A stretch of DNA of 32,000 bases. Source: Breznakia sp. PF5-3. Lineage in GTDB: Bacteria; Bacillota_I; Bacilli_A; Erysipelotrichales; Erysipelotrichaceae. The position numbers were made by a program, and so were the translations under genes. The notes under the pieces are model-generated. The model worked only from the letters and a program-made list of their open reading frames with translations, was not told where the DNA came from and made no database searches. The stretch lies in contig NZ_JAQFIQ010000008.1 of assembly GCF_029504745.1 (NCBI RefSeq), positions 1-32,000 of the forward strand, written 5' to 3'. Each line of letters starts with the position of its first letter. Positions within the stretch are counted from its first letter, which is position 1. Shown piece after piece: positions 7,697 to 16,119 of the stretch.

Positions 7697-9328
7697 GTAT
7701 AAAACAATAGATTCATAAGGTCTCAACAAGGAAAGTTCATTACTATTGTCATAGTTTGTAAGTAATACTTCATATTGTTCTTTGTCAATAAAATCAATCT
7801 TTGTCTCTTTTCCATAAAAATTATTTAATACAATTAATTCTTCTTCATCCAAAATTCGTTTGTAAGCAAATACTTCTGTATGATTTTCCATCATTCGCTC
7901 ATATAAACCATCTTGAATAACCCGATATTGCTTACGAAGTTTGATTAACTTTCGATAATGTTCCAAGATGGAATCTTTATCTTTTTTATTTGCTTCGACA
8001 TTAATTGTTTTATAATTTTTATTTATATCGATCCATGGTGTGGCTTTTGTAAAACCTGCATATGGTTCATCATTCCACTGCATTGGGGTTCTTGAATTAT
8101 CACGCGAACGGGCTTGTAAGATTTCAAACTTTTCTTTTTCGTTATATCCTTTTTCTCCAAGGATACGATAATAATTCAATGACTCCACATCTCGATATTC
8201 ATCAATTGTATCGAAGTATGCACTTGTCATTCCAATTTCTTCCCCTTGGTAAATATAAGGCGTTCCTCTTAAACAATGGATGGCAGTTGCTAACATCTTT
8301 GCCGATTGCTTATGATACTGTTTATCATTTCCAAACCTAGAAACAGCTCTAGGTTGATCATGATTACACCAGAAGAGTGCATTCCATGCTTTATGTCGTT
8401 GCATTTCTTCTTGCCAAATATTAAACAACATCTTTAATTCTTTGAAATCAAATGGTTTTAAAGCCCATTTATCTTTATTTTTATAATCAACTTTCAAATG
8501 ATGAAAATTGAATACCATCGTTAATTCATTGCGATCTTCACCAGCATACTTTACACAGCTTTCAAGCGAAGTTGATGACATTTCACCAGCTGTAATACAC
8601 TGTGGATCCTTTCCAAAACTTTGTAAGTTTAATTGTCGTAAATATTCATGTACATGTGGACCATCGGTATAAAACCTTCTTCCATCACCTTCAAAATCAT
8701 CTTTTAATTCTTCTGGTTTTGATATTAGATTCACGACATCAAAGCGAAAGCCTTTAACACCCTTATCCATCCAATACCTTACAACTTTACTCATCTCATC
8801 TCTTACTTCAGGATTGTCCCAATTTAAATCGGCTTGGGTTTTATCAAATAGATGCAGGTAGTATTCATCAAATGCTTCTACATACTGCCAAACATTTCCC
8901 CCAAACTTCGATACCCAATTGGTTGGGGAAGTTCCATCTGGTTTTCCTTTACGGAAAATATAATAATCTTTATATTTTTGCTCACCTGCTAAGGCTTTTT
9001 GAAACCACTCATGTTTGGTTGATGTATGATTGAATACCATATCTAACATGATATCAATCTTATGCTTCTTTGCTTCCTTACAAAGCAATTCAAAGTCTTC
9101 CATCGTTCCATACTGTGGATCGATTTGATAATAATCTTCTACATCATACCCATTATCATTTTGGGGGGATAAGAAACATGCATTAAACCAAATATAATCA
9201 ATACCTAAATATTCTAAGTAATCTAACTTTTCTATTACCCCTTTAAAATCTCCCTGTCCATCATTATCCGCATCATAAAATGATTTTGGATAAATTTGAT
9301 ATACTACTTTCTCTTTAAAATTTATCAT
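7688..9328 (-). CDS. treC: alpha,alpha-phosphotrehalase (trehalose-6-phosphate hydrolase), GH13
   Basis: 546 aa with a GH13 N-terminus (VVYQIYPKSFYDADNDGQGDFKGVIEKLDYLEYLGIDYIWFNACFLSPQNDNGYDV). GFRFDVVN and GEM are present. It starts 7 nt after a PTS EIIBCA gene in a treR-containing unit. Confidence 0.85.
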   Translation of the reverse strand: MINFKEKVVYQIYPKSFYDADNDGQGDFKGVIEKLDYLEYLGIDYIWFNACFLSPQNDNGYDVEDYYQIDPQYGTMEDFELLCKEAKKHKIDIMLDMVFNHTSTKHEWFQKALAGEQKYKDYYIFRKGKPDGTSPTNWVSKFGGNVWQYVEAFDEYYLHLFDKTQADLNWDNPEVRDEMSKVVRYWMDKGVKGFRFDVVNLISKPEELKDDFEGDGRRFYTDGPHVHEYLRQLNLQSFGKDPQCITAGEMSSTSLESCVKYAGEDRNELTMVFNFHHLKVDYKNKDKWALKPFDFKELKMLFNIWQEEMQRHKAWNALFWCNHDQPRAVSRFGNDKQYHKQSAKMLATAIHCLRGTPYIYQGEEIGMTSAYFDTIDEYRDVESLNYYRILGEKGYNEKEKFEILQARSRDNSRTPMQWNDEPYAGFTKATPWIDINKNYKTINVEANKKDKDSILEHYRKLIKLRKQYRVIQDGLYERMMENHTEVFAYKRILDEEELIVLNNFYGKETKIDFIDKEQYEVLLTNYDNSNELSLLRPYESIVLYKK

Positions 9329-9335
9329 AATCCAC

Positions 9336-11219
9336 CTAACGAATTGTTACTACTTCTTGTTTGAATTGAATATTTTCTGTCTTATTTTTGATTGCAATCT
9401 TCTCCTTACTTGTGAAAACTACTGGAGATACTAAACTCTTTTGTTCGTTTTGAATATACTGGATATCCACCTCTGCAATCAAATCCCCTTGTTTTACATA
9501 ATCGCCTACCTTCACATGACTTGTAAACCCTTTACCATCTAATTCCACAGTATCCATACCAATATGAATTAAAATTTCTGTTCCATCACTTCGTTTTATG
9601 CCATACGCATGTTTAGTTGGGAAAGCAACACTAACTTCACCACTGAATGGTGCAACGATTTTACCATTTGATAATTCAATGGCAAATCCTTCACCCATCA
9701 ACCCTTGCGAAAATACTTTGTCATCCACTTCTGAAAGTTCCATGACTCTACCTTCCATTGGTGTAATAAATGCAACACGGTCACTTTGTTCTCCTTCTAA
9801 ATCAGTAATGGTAAGTTTACGTTTTCCAAATACTAGCGTTAAGCCAAACGGTACCACAATTGCTACTGCCATAGCTACAAAGAACATCAACCAATGTTGT
9901 GATTGAATTGCTAAGAAACCAGGTAATCCACCTACTCCAATAGAATTTGCCATAACACCACTTCCCACAGAAATAACGGCTGCGATTGCAGATCCAATCA
10001 TTGCGCTAATAAATGGAAATCCATATTTGATGTTTACACCAAACATTGCAGGTTCTGTAACTCCCAAGTAACAAGAGATAGCGGAAGGAATTGCAATTTG
10101 TTTAGCATTTTCATTTTTTCTTTGCAAGTATACCATTGCCATTACCGCCGATCCTTGAGCAATGTTTGATAATGCAATCATTGGCCATAAAATAGTACCA
10201 TCAAATTGCCCCATCAATTGTAAATCAATCGCATTGGTCATATGATGCAATCCAGTAATAACCAATGGTGCATATAAGAATCCAAATACACCCGCAAATA
10301 ACCATCCAAAAGCAGATGTCAATCCACCATATACCACATTAGAAATAAAGTCTCCGATGGTCCAACCGATTGGTCCTAACAATACATGCGCAACTAATAC
10401 CGCTGGTAACAGTGCCAAAAATGGAACAAGGACCAACCGAATTACATCAGGAATAACTTTGGTAAAAAAGCGTTCCAAGTAAACCAATACAAAGCCTGCC
10501 ATAATTGCTGGGATTACTTGTGCTTGGTACCCAATCATTTGTATTTGTGTAAAACCAAAGTCCCAAATAGGAATATCTGCTGCTGCAGTACTACTCACTG
10601 CATATGCATTCAACAATTGTGGAGATACCAGAGTCAACCCCAGAATAATTCCAAGAATCTGCGTTGTTCCCATCTTCTTTGTAATCGACCAAACAATTCC
10701 AACTGGTAGAAAATGGAAAATCGCTTCTCCAATCAACCATAAGAAATGGTGTAACCCACCCCAGAATTGATTGATTTCTGCCAATGTTTTAGTACCATCT
10801 TCAAACATCTTAATATCACCAATAACATTTCGAAACCCTAGAATTAAACCACCACATACAAGTGCTGGGATAAGTGGTGCAAATATCTCTGCGATATTCG
10901 ACATTAATTTTTGTAATGGTGTTTGATTATCTTTCGCTACATCTTTCAAAGCAGACTTATCCATTCCTTCAATTCCACTTGCTTCTACAAACTCCTTATA
11001 GAAATCTGCCACATCATTTCCAATGATTACCTGAAATTGCCCAGATTGTGTAAACGTTCCTTTTACTGAAGGTAGTGCCTCAATCTGTTTGATATCTGCT
11101 TGGTTTGGATCAATCAAAACAAACCGCATTCTTGTTACACAATGCGTAACAGCCTTAATATTTTCTTTTCCACCTACATGTGTAAGTAAGTGCTTTACAT
11201 CTTGTTCAAATTTTGACAT
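9336..11219 (-). CDS. treP: PTS trehalose-type transporter, fused EIIB-EIIC-EIIA(Glc)
   Basis: EIIB Cys motif THCVTRMRF, a large EIIC core, and a C-terminal EIIA-Glc motif HIGMDTVELDGKGF. The start is moved to the ATG at 11219 (MSKFEQ) because GGGAGGA lies 8 nt upstream. The track's start at 11264 sits inside the operator/promoter. Confidence 0.9.
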   Translation of the reverse strand: MSKFEQDVKHLLTHVGGKENIKAVTHCVTRMRFVLIDPNQADIKQIEALPSVKGTFTQSGQFQVIIGNDVADFYKEFVEASGIEGMDKSALKDVAKDNQTPLQKLMSNIAEIFAPLIPALVCGGLILGFRNVIGDIKMFEDGTKTLAEINQFWGGLHHFLWLIGEAIFHFLPVGIVWSITKKMGTTQILGIILGLTLVSPQLLNAYAVSSTAAADIPIWDFGFTQIQMIGYQAQVIPAIMAGFVLVYLERFFTKVIPDVIRLVLVPFLALLPAVLVAHVLLGPIGWTIGDFISNVVYGGLTSAFGWLFAGVFGFLYAPLVITGLHHMTNAIDLQLMGQFDGTILWPMIALSNIAQGSAVMAMVYLQRKNENAKQIAIPSAISCYLGVTEPAMFGVNIKYGFPFISAMIGSAIAAVISVGSGVMANSIGVGGLPGFLAIQSQHWLMFFVAMAVAIVVPFGLTLVFGKRKLTITDLEGEQSDRVAFITPMEGRVMELSEVDDKVFSQGLMGEGFAIELSNGKIVAPFSGEVSVAFPTKHAYGIKRSDGTEILIHIGMDTVELDGKGFTSHVKVGDYVKQGDLIAEVDIQYIQNEQKSLVSPVVFTSKEKIAIKNKTENIQFKQEVVTIR

Positions 11220-11242
11220 CGTAGTGTCCTCCCTATTCTTAA

Positions 11243-11257
11243 GTTGTACGTACAGGT
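11243..11257. promoter_or_regulatory. putative TreR operator O2 (TTGTACGTACAGGTT; palindromic core TGTACGTACA)
   Basis: Exact 15-nt repeat of the element at 11276..11290. It lies just downstream of the predicted treP transcription start. Confidence 0.65.
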
Positions 11258-11267
11258 TGTTCACCTA

Positions 11268-11296
11268 TAATATAACTTGTACGTACAGGTTTGTCA
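11268..11296 (-). promoter_or_regulatory. treP-treC promoter (TTGACA-17 nt-TATATT)
   Basis: Minus strand: AAAG-TTGACA-AACCTGTACGTACAAGT-TATATT, with an A/T-rich tract upstream of the -35. The spacer is filled by operator O1. Confidence 0.75.
11276..11290. promoter_or_regulatory. putative TreR operator O1 inside the promoter spacer
   Basis: TTGTACGTACAGGTT lies between the -35 and -10. The perfect 10-bp palindrome TGTACGTACA is of the GT..AC type used by GntR/HutC regulators. Confidence 0.65.
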
Positions 11297-11486
11297 ACTT
11301 TTTTGTATTTTTTTTATTTTCTAAATTGAAATCTTTCAAATATATGTTATATTATATATGGATATCATTTAGAAGAGGTGATATCCAAGAAGATGTGATG
11401 GAAGCAAAATGGGGATGATTGATGTGATGAATCAATCATCAAACTTCTCAAAATAATAATAAGAGAAGTAAAAACAAGATGGAGAA

Positions 11487-11528
11487 AGAAAAAAGCCAAA
11501 ACATAATTATTTGTTCTTGGCTTTTTTC
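11487..11528 (-). terminator. intrinsic terminator of treR
   Basis: Minus strand: GCCAAGAAC-aaataattat-GTTTTGGC followed by TTTTTTCTTT. It starts 3 nt after the treR stop. Confidence 0.75.
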
Positions 11529-11530
11529 TT

Positions 11531-12238
11531 TTATATTCTTCTAGCAAAATCCACAAAACGAAACTTATCTGGACGATGCTTTGAAATCGTATATTCAAAA
11601 AGAGTAGCATCTTCTAAATAAGAATAAGATTTTACACATACTAATAAATCATAGTCTTTCATATCTAAAAGTTGTTTTTCTTCTTTGGTTGCAGGAATTA
11701 CAGTGATTTCCTTTTTAGAAAAGCTCACCTTTAACCCTAAATCTTTTTCAATATATTTATATAGTGAATCTGCAGCAATCGCTTCCGTAATTCCATGAAC
11801 GACATTGCCATTTAAATAATCCACATCTAAAATCACTTTTTCTCCATTGATTGTTCGAATTCGCTCTACTTTATAAACATCTCCATCTTCCATAAATAGT
11901 TCTTTTTTCATTTGCTCATCTGCTGGGAATTTTTTTAATTCATGAACGATGGTATCAATCTCTCCATGCATTGTTTCTTTTAACTCTTTGAAACTCGTTA
12001 TCCCTGATACGGGAAAAGCAATTCGATCTGCATCCAAAACAATGGATCCTTTCCCTACTACTTTTTGGATGTATCCATTTTGTAACAGTAGATTTAAGGA
12101 CTTACGAATGGTATCTCGAGATGCTTTAAACTGTTTCATAAGCTCACTTTCACTAGGAAGATATTCACCAGCTACAATGTCTTTATTTTCTATCTTATTT
12201 AATAATTCTTGATATATGTTTTGGTATTTTGCACTCAT
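11531..12238 (-). CDS. treR: GntR/HutC-family transcriptional repressor (trehalose operon repressor)
   Basis: 235 aa. The N-terminal winged HTH (LPSESELMKQFKASRDTIRKSLNLLLQNGYIQKVVGKGSIV) is followed by a UTRA-like effector domain. It is adjacent to treP/treC. RBS GGAGGAAAAC. Confidence 0.85.
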   Translation of the reverse strand: MSAKYQNIYQELLNKIENKDIVAGEYLPSESELMKQFKASRDTIRKSLNLLLQNGYIQKVVGKGSIVLDADRIAFPVSGITSFKELKETMHGEIDTIVHELKKFPADEQMKKELFMEDGDVYKVERIRTINGEKVILDVDYLNGNVVHGITEAIAADSLYKYIEKDLGLKVSFSKKEITVIPATKEEKQLLDMKDYDLLVCVKSYSYLEDATLFEYTISKHRPDKFRFVDFARRI

Positions 12239-12286
12239 TGTTTTCCTCCATCTTTATTATAAAGGAAAACAAAACAAAAACAAACA

Positions 12287-12301
12287 CCTTTACGTACAGG
12301 C
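12287..12301. promoter_or_regulatory. degenerate third copy of the tre operator upstream of treR
   Basis: CCTTTACGTACAGGC matches the O1/O2 core at 9 of 10 positions (TTACGTACA vs TGTACGTACA). It sits just upstream of a TATAAT at 12256..12261 (minus). Confidence 0.4.
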
Positions 12302-12783
12302 TAACTATCTTGTTTTTTCTCGCTTCCTACTAAAAGTCGTATACCATGATAAATTCCCATTCCTGCAAAGATAAACAATGATAAACTCATCAGTTGTAAA
12401 ATGGTCTCAAGCTTATTAACATATGATAATAAATTTATTCCACTTGTATAAGAATAAGATTGGTATACATCAAAGAACGCTAATGCTACTGGAATTCCAA
12501 TGATCCACACAACAAAAAAAATCGCATTTACAATCGTCGTAACCAATAGTCCTGTTCGTTTCTGTTTTTGTACAAAGTACAAATGATAACAACAAGCCAA
12601 ATTCAAAACTAAAGCAATCAAAATCGCAAAATGTATAATACTGGCAGCTAAAGACATTGTCCTGGCCTCACTAAGGCTCGATATGCTTTGTACTGCTCTT
12701 GAAATATAAATATATAGTCCTGATATAATTCCTAAAGCTACCGTAAGCCATCTACTCTTTTTCATCGTATAAAAATTTTCCAT
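12301..12783 (-). CDS. hypothetical integral membrane protein (4-5 TM)
   Basis: Start chosen at MENFYTMKKSRW, with TGGAGGG upstream of the ATG at 12783. The sequence is hydrophobic throughout. No family recognised. No terminator separates it from treR. Confidence 0.6.
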   Translation of the reverse strand: MENFYTMKKSRWLTVALGIISGLYIYISRAVQSISSLSEARTMSLAASIIHFAILIALVLNLACCYHLYFVQKQKRTGLLVTTIVNAIFFVVWIIGIPVALAFFDVYQSYSYTSGINLLSYVNKLETILQLMSLSLFIFAGMGIYHGIRLLVGSEKKQDS

Positions 12784-12931
12784 AATTCCCTCCATATACC
12801 TCATAAGTATACATAAGATAAGCATAAAAAACAAAACCTATTTTTCATTTATATATCTTTATGTTGCAAATGAATTCTTAATAAAATATAATTACAAAGG
12901 CGAATGTATATATTTTGGAGGGAGTTTTTTT

Positions 12932-13732
12932 ATGGAAGCATATATTATTTTTCTTATGCTAATATCTATATTAGCTGGCTTTCTTGCTCATAGTAAAGGA
13001 AGAAGTTTTCTCGGCTGGTGTTTATTAGGATTAATTATCAATCCTATTATTGTCTGTATTATTCTAGCGTTCCTTTCTAGTCGTAAAGATTATGAAGTTA
13101 AAGTCTATTCTTATGTTGCAAATGCGAAAGAGGGAATTGATGTAAATTCACCAATATGTTTAGAAAGCTGTTCCTTATTTACAAACAATGAACATGATCG
13201 TACTGGTTTGATTTTAAATATTCGTAATTTGAGTGATCGTGTTATCACTGCTGTTGATTTTATTTGTGAAGGTTATAGTTCAAGTGATTCTAAATTAACA
13301 TTTAATATAGAAGGAGATTATATTATCAAACTTGATAATATATCTATAGATCCTTATAGTACGTATTCAAATGATCGTACTTCTATTATTGAGTTACTGG
13401 ATCCATCCATTGCTCGTATTACCCTTACCGTTCATGAAATCACATTTGATGATGGTTCTATTTTTATCAATGAACCTTGTATTGAAAAAGTTAAAGAAGA
13501 TGAAATACCATCTTATGCAATTGCACTAGCAAGGAAACATGTTAATAATGCCAGAGTCTTTGGTGAAGATCATGAGCACTATTGGATTTGCCCTTGTGGT
13601 GGAGTAAACTTAAAAAATACACATATCTGTTATCGCTGTAAAAAAGAGAAGGACGAAACATTTAAAGTGATGACAAGAGATAATTTTAGACCTATTTGGA
13701 GACTTGCAAAAGAGCAAGGTGAAACCAAATAA
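12932..13732 (+). CDS. hypothetical membrane protein with C-terminal zinc-ribbon
   Basis: RBS GGAGGGAG. Two N-terminal TM helices (ILAGFLAHSKGRSFLGWCLLGLIINPIIVCIILAF) are followed by a ~150-aa soluble region and CPCGG-x10-CYRC (a 4-Cys ribbon). Confidence 0.7.
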   Translation: MEAYIIFLMLISILAGFLAHSKGRSFLGWCLLGLIINPIIVCIILAFLSSRKDYEVKVYSYVANAKEGIDVNSPICLESCSLFTNNEHDRTGLILNIRNLSDRVITAVDFICEGYSSSDSKLTFNIEGDYIIKLDNISIDPYSTYSNDRTSIIELLDPSIARITLTVHEITFDDGSIFINEPCIEKVKEDEIPSYAIALARKHVNNARVFGEDHEHYWICPCGGVNLKNTHICYRCKKEKDETFKVMTRDNFRPIWRLAKEQGETK

Positions 13733-13744
13733 GTTTATCCTATG

Positions 13745-13769
13745 AAAAGTGATCTTGGATCACTTTTTT
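13745..13769. terminator. intrinsic terminator between convergent genes
   Basis: AAAAGTGATC-ttg-GATCACTTTT followed by TTC. On the minus strand it is followed by TTTTCAT. Confidence 0.7.
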
Positions 13770-13801
13770 CTATCCCCCATGCAATTAAAAAGATAGCTTT
13801 G

Positions 13802-14461
13802 CTATCCTTTTAAAATAATCTTTAAAATATCTTCTGGTGTTCTAGCGATATAAGTTGCTCCATTTGCTACTAACTCATCTTCTTCACGAAATCCCCATAG
13901 TACACCAACACTATCCATGCTTGCATTGTTTGCGGTTTGAATATCGGTTTTAGAATCACCAATATAAAGAATTTCATCGGATTTAAATTCCATGAGATTC
14001 CTTAATTCCAATGCACTTGTTGGGTCTGGTTTTTTAGGAATTCCTTGGCGTTCACCAAAGCATTCAACAAAACAAATATTAGGAAAATGCTTTTGAATCA
14101 ATGCGTTCGTATAGTCAGTACGTTTATTTGAGTTAACAGCAACTTTAATATGGTTTTCTTGAAGTGTAGATAATACTTTATCAATGCCTTCATAGGGCTT
14201 TGTTTCTTTCATAAAATCTTGGTCATAGATTTTTAAAAACATTTGTAACCCTGCTTCTACCTTACTTGCTTCTGTATCTTCTGGCATGCTTCTACAAATT
14301 AAATCTTTGAAGCCTCTACCGATTTTCTTTTTATACGTTGCTTTATCATGGATTGGATAATTATAGGTTTCCAATACTTTATTTACACTGTTTGATAAAT
14401 CACTTAAGGTATCTAGTAAAGTGCCATCCAAATCAAAAATTACTCCTTTATAGTTATTCAT
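13802..14461 (-). CDS. HAD-superfamily phosphatase (phosphoglycolate phosphatase/PpaX-like subfamily IA)
   Basis: Motif I is VIFDLDGTLLDT, with a later SNK and GDSKTD (motifs III/IV). Start set to the ATG at 14461, with GAGGA 8 nt upstream. ATGAATAA overlaps the dhaL stop by 8 nt. Confidence 0.8.
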   Translation of the reverse strand: MNNYKGVIFDLDGTLLDTLSDLSNSVNKVLETYNYPIHDKATYKKKIGRGFKDLICRSMPEDTEASKVEAGLQMFLKIYDQDFMKETKPYEGIDKVLSTLQENHIKVAVNSNKRTDYTNALIQKHFPNICFVECFGERQGIPKKPDPTSALELRNLMEFKSDEILYIGDSKTDIQTANNASMDSVGVLWGFREEDELVANGATYIARTPEDILKIILKG

Positions 14462-15098
14462 TGATAATATCCTCACACATTGATGAAGCCATCGTTTTCA
14501 AAATGATACAACAAGATGTTGCCCCTGCATCCAAAAAGCCTTTGCTACGTTCCCCCAAGCGAGCTGCACGACCAATCTTTGCTACTAGATTTTTCGTGTT
14601 TTCCTTACCCGCTTCAGCTCCATCTAGCAATGCTTTCAAACATTCTTTAAATGATTTCTCTTGTTTTAATGCTTCCTTATAACTTTCTGTTGCTGGGTAT
14701 AATGTATCAAGCAATGTCTTGTCTCCTACTTTTGCACCTGCTAAATCCATCAGTCCTTGGATTGCGTTATTTAAAGCTTCTAACACTGCTTCTTTTGTGA
14801 TTTGGTCTTGTTTTTTCAAACTTCTACTTAAGCGTGAGAACATTGTTCCATAGATAGGACCCATACTTCCACCAATATCCATTACCAATGTTCTTCCTAA
14901 TACCTTTAAACTCTCTGAAAAATCCATATCTTCTTGGATTCTCTCTTTTGCCAACATAAATCCTTTATCCATGTTCACTCCATGATCCCCGTCTCCAGTC
15001 GCTCCATCTATCTCACTTAGATATGCTGCATTCTCATGGATTGCTTCTATGATCGCTAAGGTTATCTTGGCATTCTTTTGATTTGCTACATATTCCAT
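14454..15098 (-). CDS. dhaL: dihydroxyacetone kinase, L (nucleotide-binding) subunit
   Basis: 214 aa with the DhaL signature DGATGDGDHGVNM and an all-helical profile. It starts 3 nt after dhaK. Confidence 0.9.
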   Translation of the reverse strand: MEYVANQKNAKITLAIIEAIHENAAYLSEIDGATGDGDHGVNMDKGFMLAKERIQEDMDFSESLKVLGRTLVMDIGGSMGPIYGTMFSRLSRSLKKQDQITKEAVLEALNNAIQGLMDLAGAKVGDKTLLDTLYPATESYKEALKQEKSFKECLKALLDGAEAGKENTKNLVAKIGRAARLGERSKGFLDAGATSCCIILKTMASSMCEDIINE

Positions 15099-15101
15099 TG
15101 G

Positions 15102-16109
15102 CTATCTCCTAATCTGGGTCATCCCCATTGTCTCTACCTCTTCGTCCATACACTCTTTTAACTCTTCATCTACCTTCATCATCGTCAAGGTTACCCCATT
15201 CATCTCCAATGATGTAAAGTAATTTCCTACATAGGATTTATATATCTTTATTCCTAGCTCATCTAGATTCTTAGCTACTTCATCAAAGAAGATATATTGT
15301 TCCATCACTGGTGTTGCTCCTAATCCAGATATCAACACCACCACTTCATCACCTTCCACATATGGAATATCATTTACTACCAAGCTTGTCATCTCATCAG
15401 CGATTTCTTTTGCACTCGCCAACGATTCTACGCGTATTCCCGGCTCTCCATGATGTCCAATCCCAAACTCCATTGTTCCTTCTGCGATAGAAAAGTTAGG
15501 TTTTCCATTTGCAGGAATTGTACAAGGTCCTAACCCTACTCCTACACTGCGGGTATTATCCATTGCTTTTTGAGCTGCAGCAATCACTTCCTCTAATGTT
15601 GCTCCTTGATTTGCTTTTGCTCCTCCTACTTTCCACATCAAGATTTCTCCTGCGACACCTCTTCGCTTTTGCATCTCTGTTTTTGGCGCACTTGCTACAT
15701 CATCATTCGCCACTACCGTCTTCACTTCAATATCATCGTCTTCTGCCAATTCCATCGCCATCTTCACATTCATGTTATCTCCTGCATAGTTTCCATACAG
15801 GCAGGCAACACCCATCCCTTGATCTACAGCGCGGATACAATCGTAAAAAGATTTCGCTGTTGGTGAAGAGAAGATTTCTCCAACCGCTACTGCATCTACC
15901 ATATTTTTTCCACAATAGCCTATAAAGGCTGGCTTATGTCCACTTCCTCCACCAGTCACAATCCCTACTTTCTTTTTATCTTTCGCAAAGTTTGAGATTA
16001 CAACCCTTGGATTCTCTTCATCGATGTGAATGATATCTTTATGACATCGCTCAAAGCCTTTCAGCATATCTTCTACTACTAAACTGGGATCATTTATAAT
16101 TCTTTGCAT
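15102..16109 (-). CDS. dhaK: dihydroxyacetone kinase, K (substrate-binding) subunit
   Basis: 335 aa. Motifs: TGGGSGHKPAFIGYCGKNMVDAVAVGEIFSSP and GIGHHGEPG (substrate-binding His region). Confidence 0.9.
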   Translation of the reverse strand: MQRIINDPSLVVEDMLKGFERCHKDIIHIDEENPRVVISNFAKDKKKVGIVTGGGSGHKPAFIGYCGKNMVDAVAVGEIFSSPTAKSFYDCIRAVDQGMGVACLYGNYAGDNMNVKMAMELAEDDDIEVKTVVANDDVASAPKTEMQKRRGVAGEILMWKVGGAKANQGATLEEVIAAAQKAMDNTRSVGVGLGPCTIPANGKPNFSIAEGTMEFGIGHHGEPGIRVESLASAKEIADEMTSLVVNDIPYVEGDEVVVLISGLGATPVMEQYIFFDEVAKNLDELGIKIYKSYVGNYFTSLEMNGVTLTMMKVDEELKECMDEEVETMGMTQIRR

Positions 16110-16119
16110 ATCGTTCCTC

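Noticed and set aside
11325-11338. Near-palindrome TTGAAATCTTTCAA upstream of the tre -35, considered as a CcpA cre site
   Set aside because: It lacks the central CG of the cre consensus (TGWAANCGNTNWCA), and the half-site spacing does not fit.
11089-11610. ORFs 11089..11418 (+) and 11365..11610 (-) spanning the treR-treP spacer
   Set aside because: They run through the promoter, operators, hairpins and terminator. Their translations are F/L/I-rich, as expected from AT-rich non-coding DNA.
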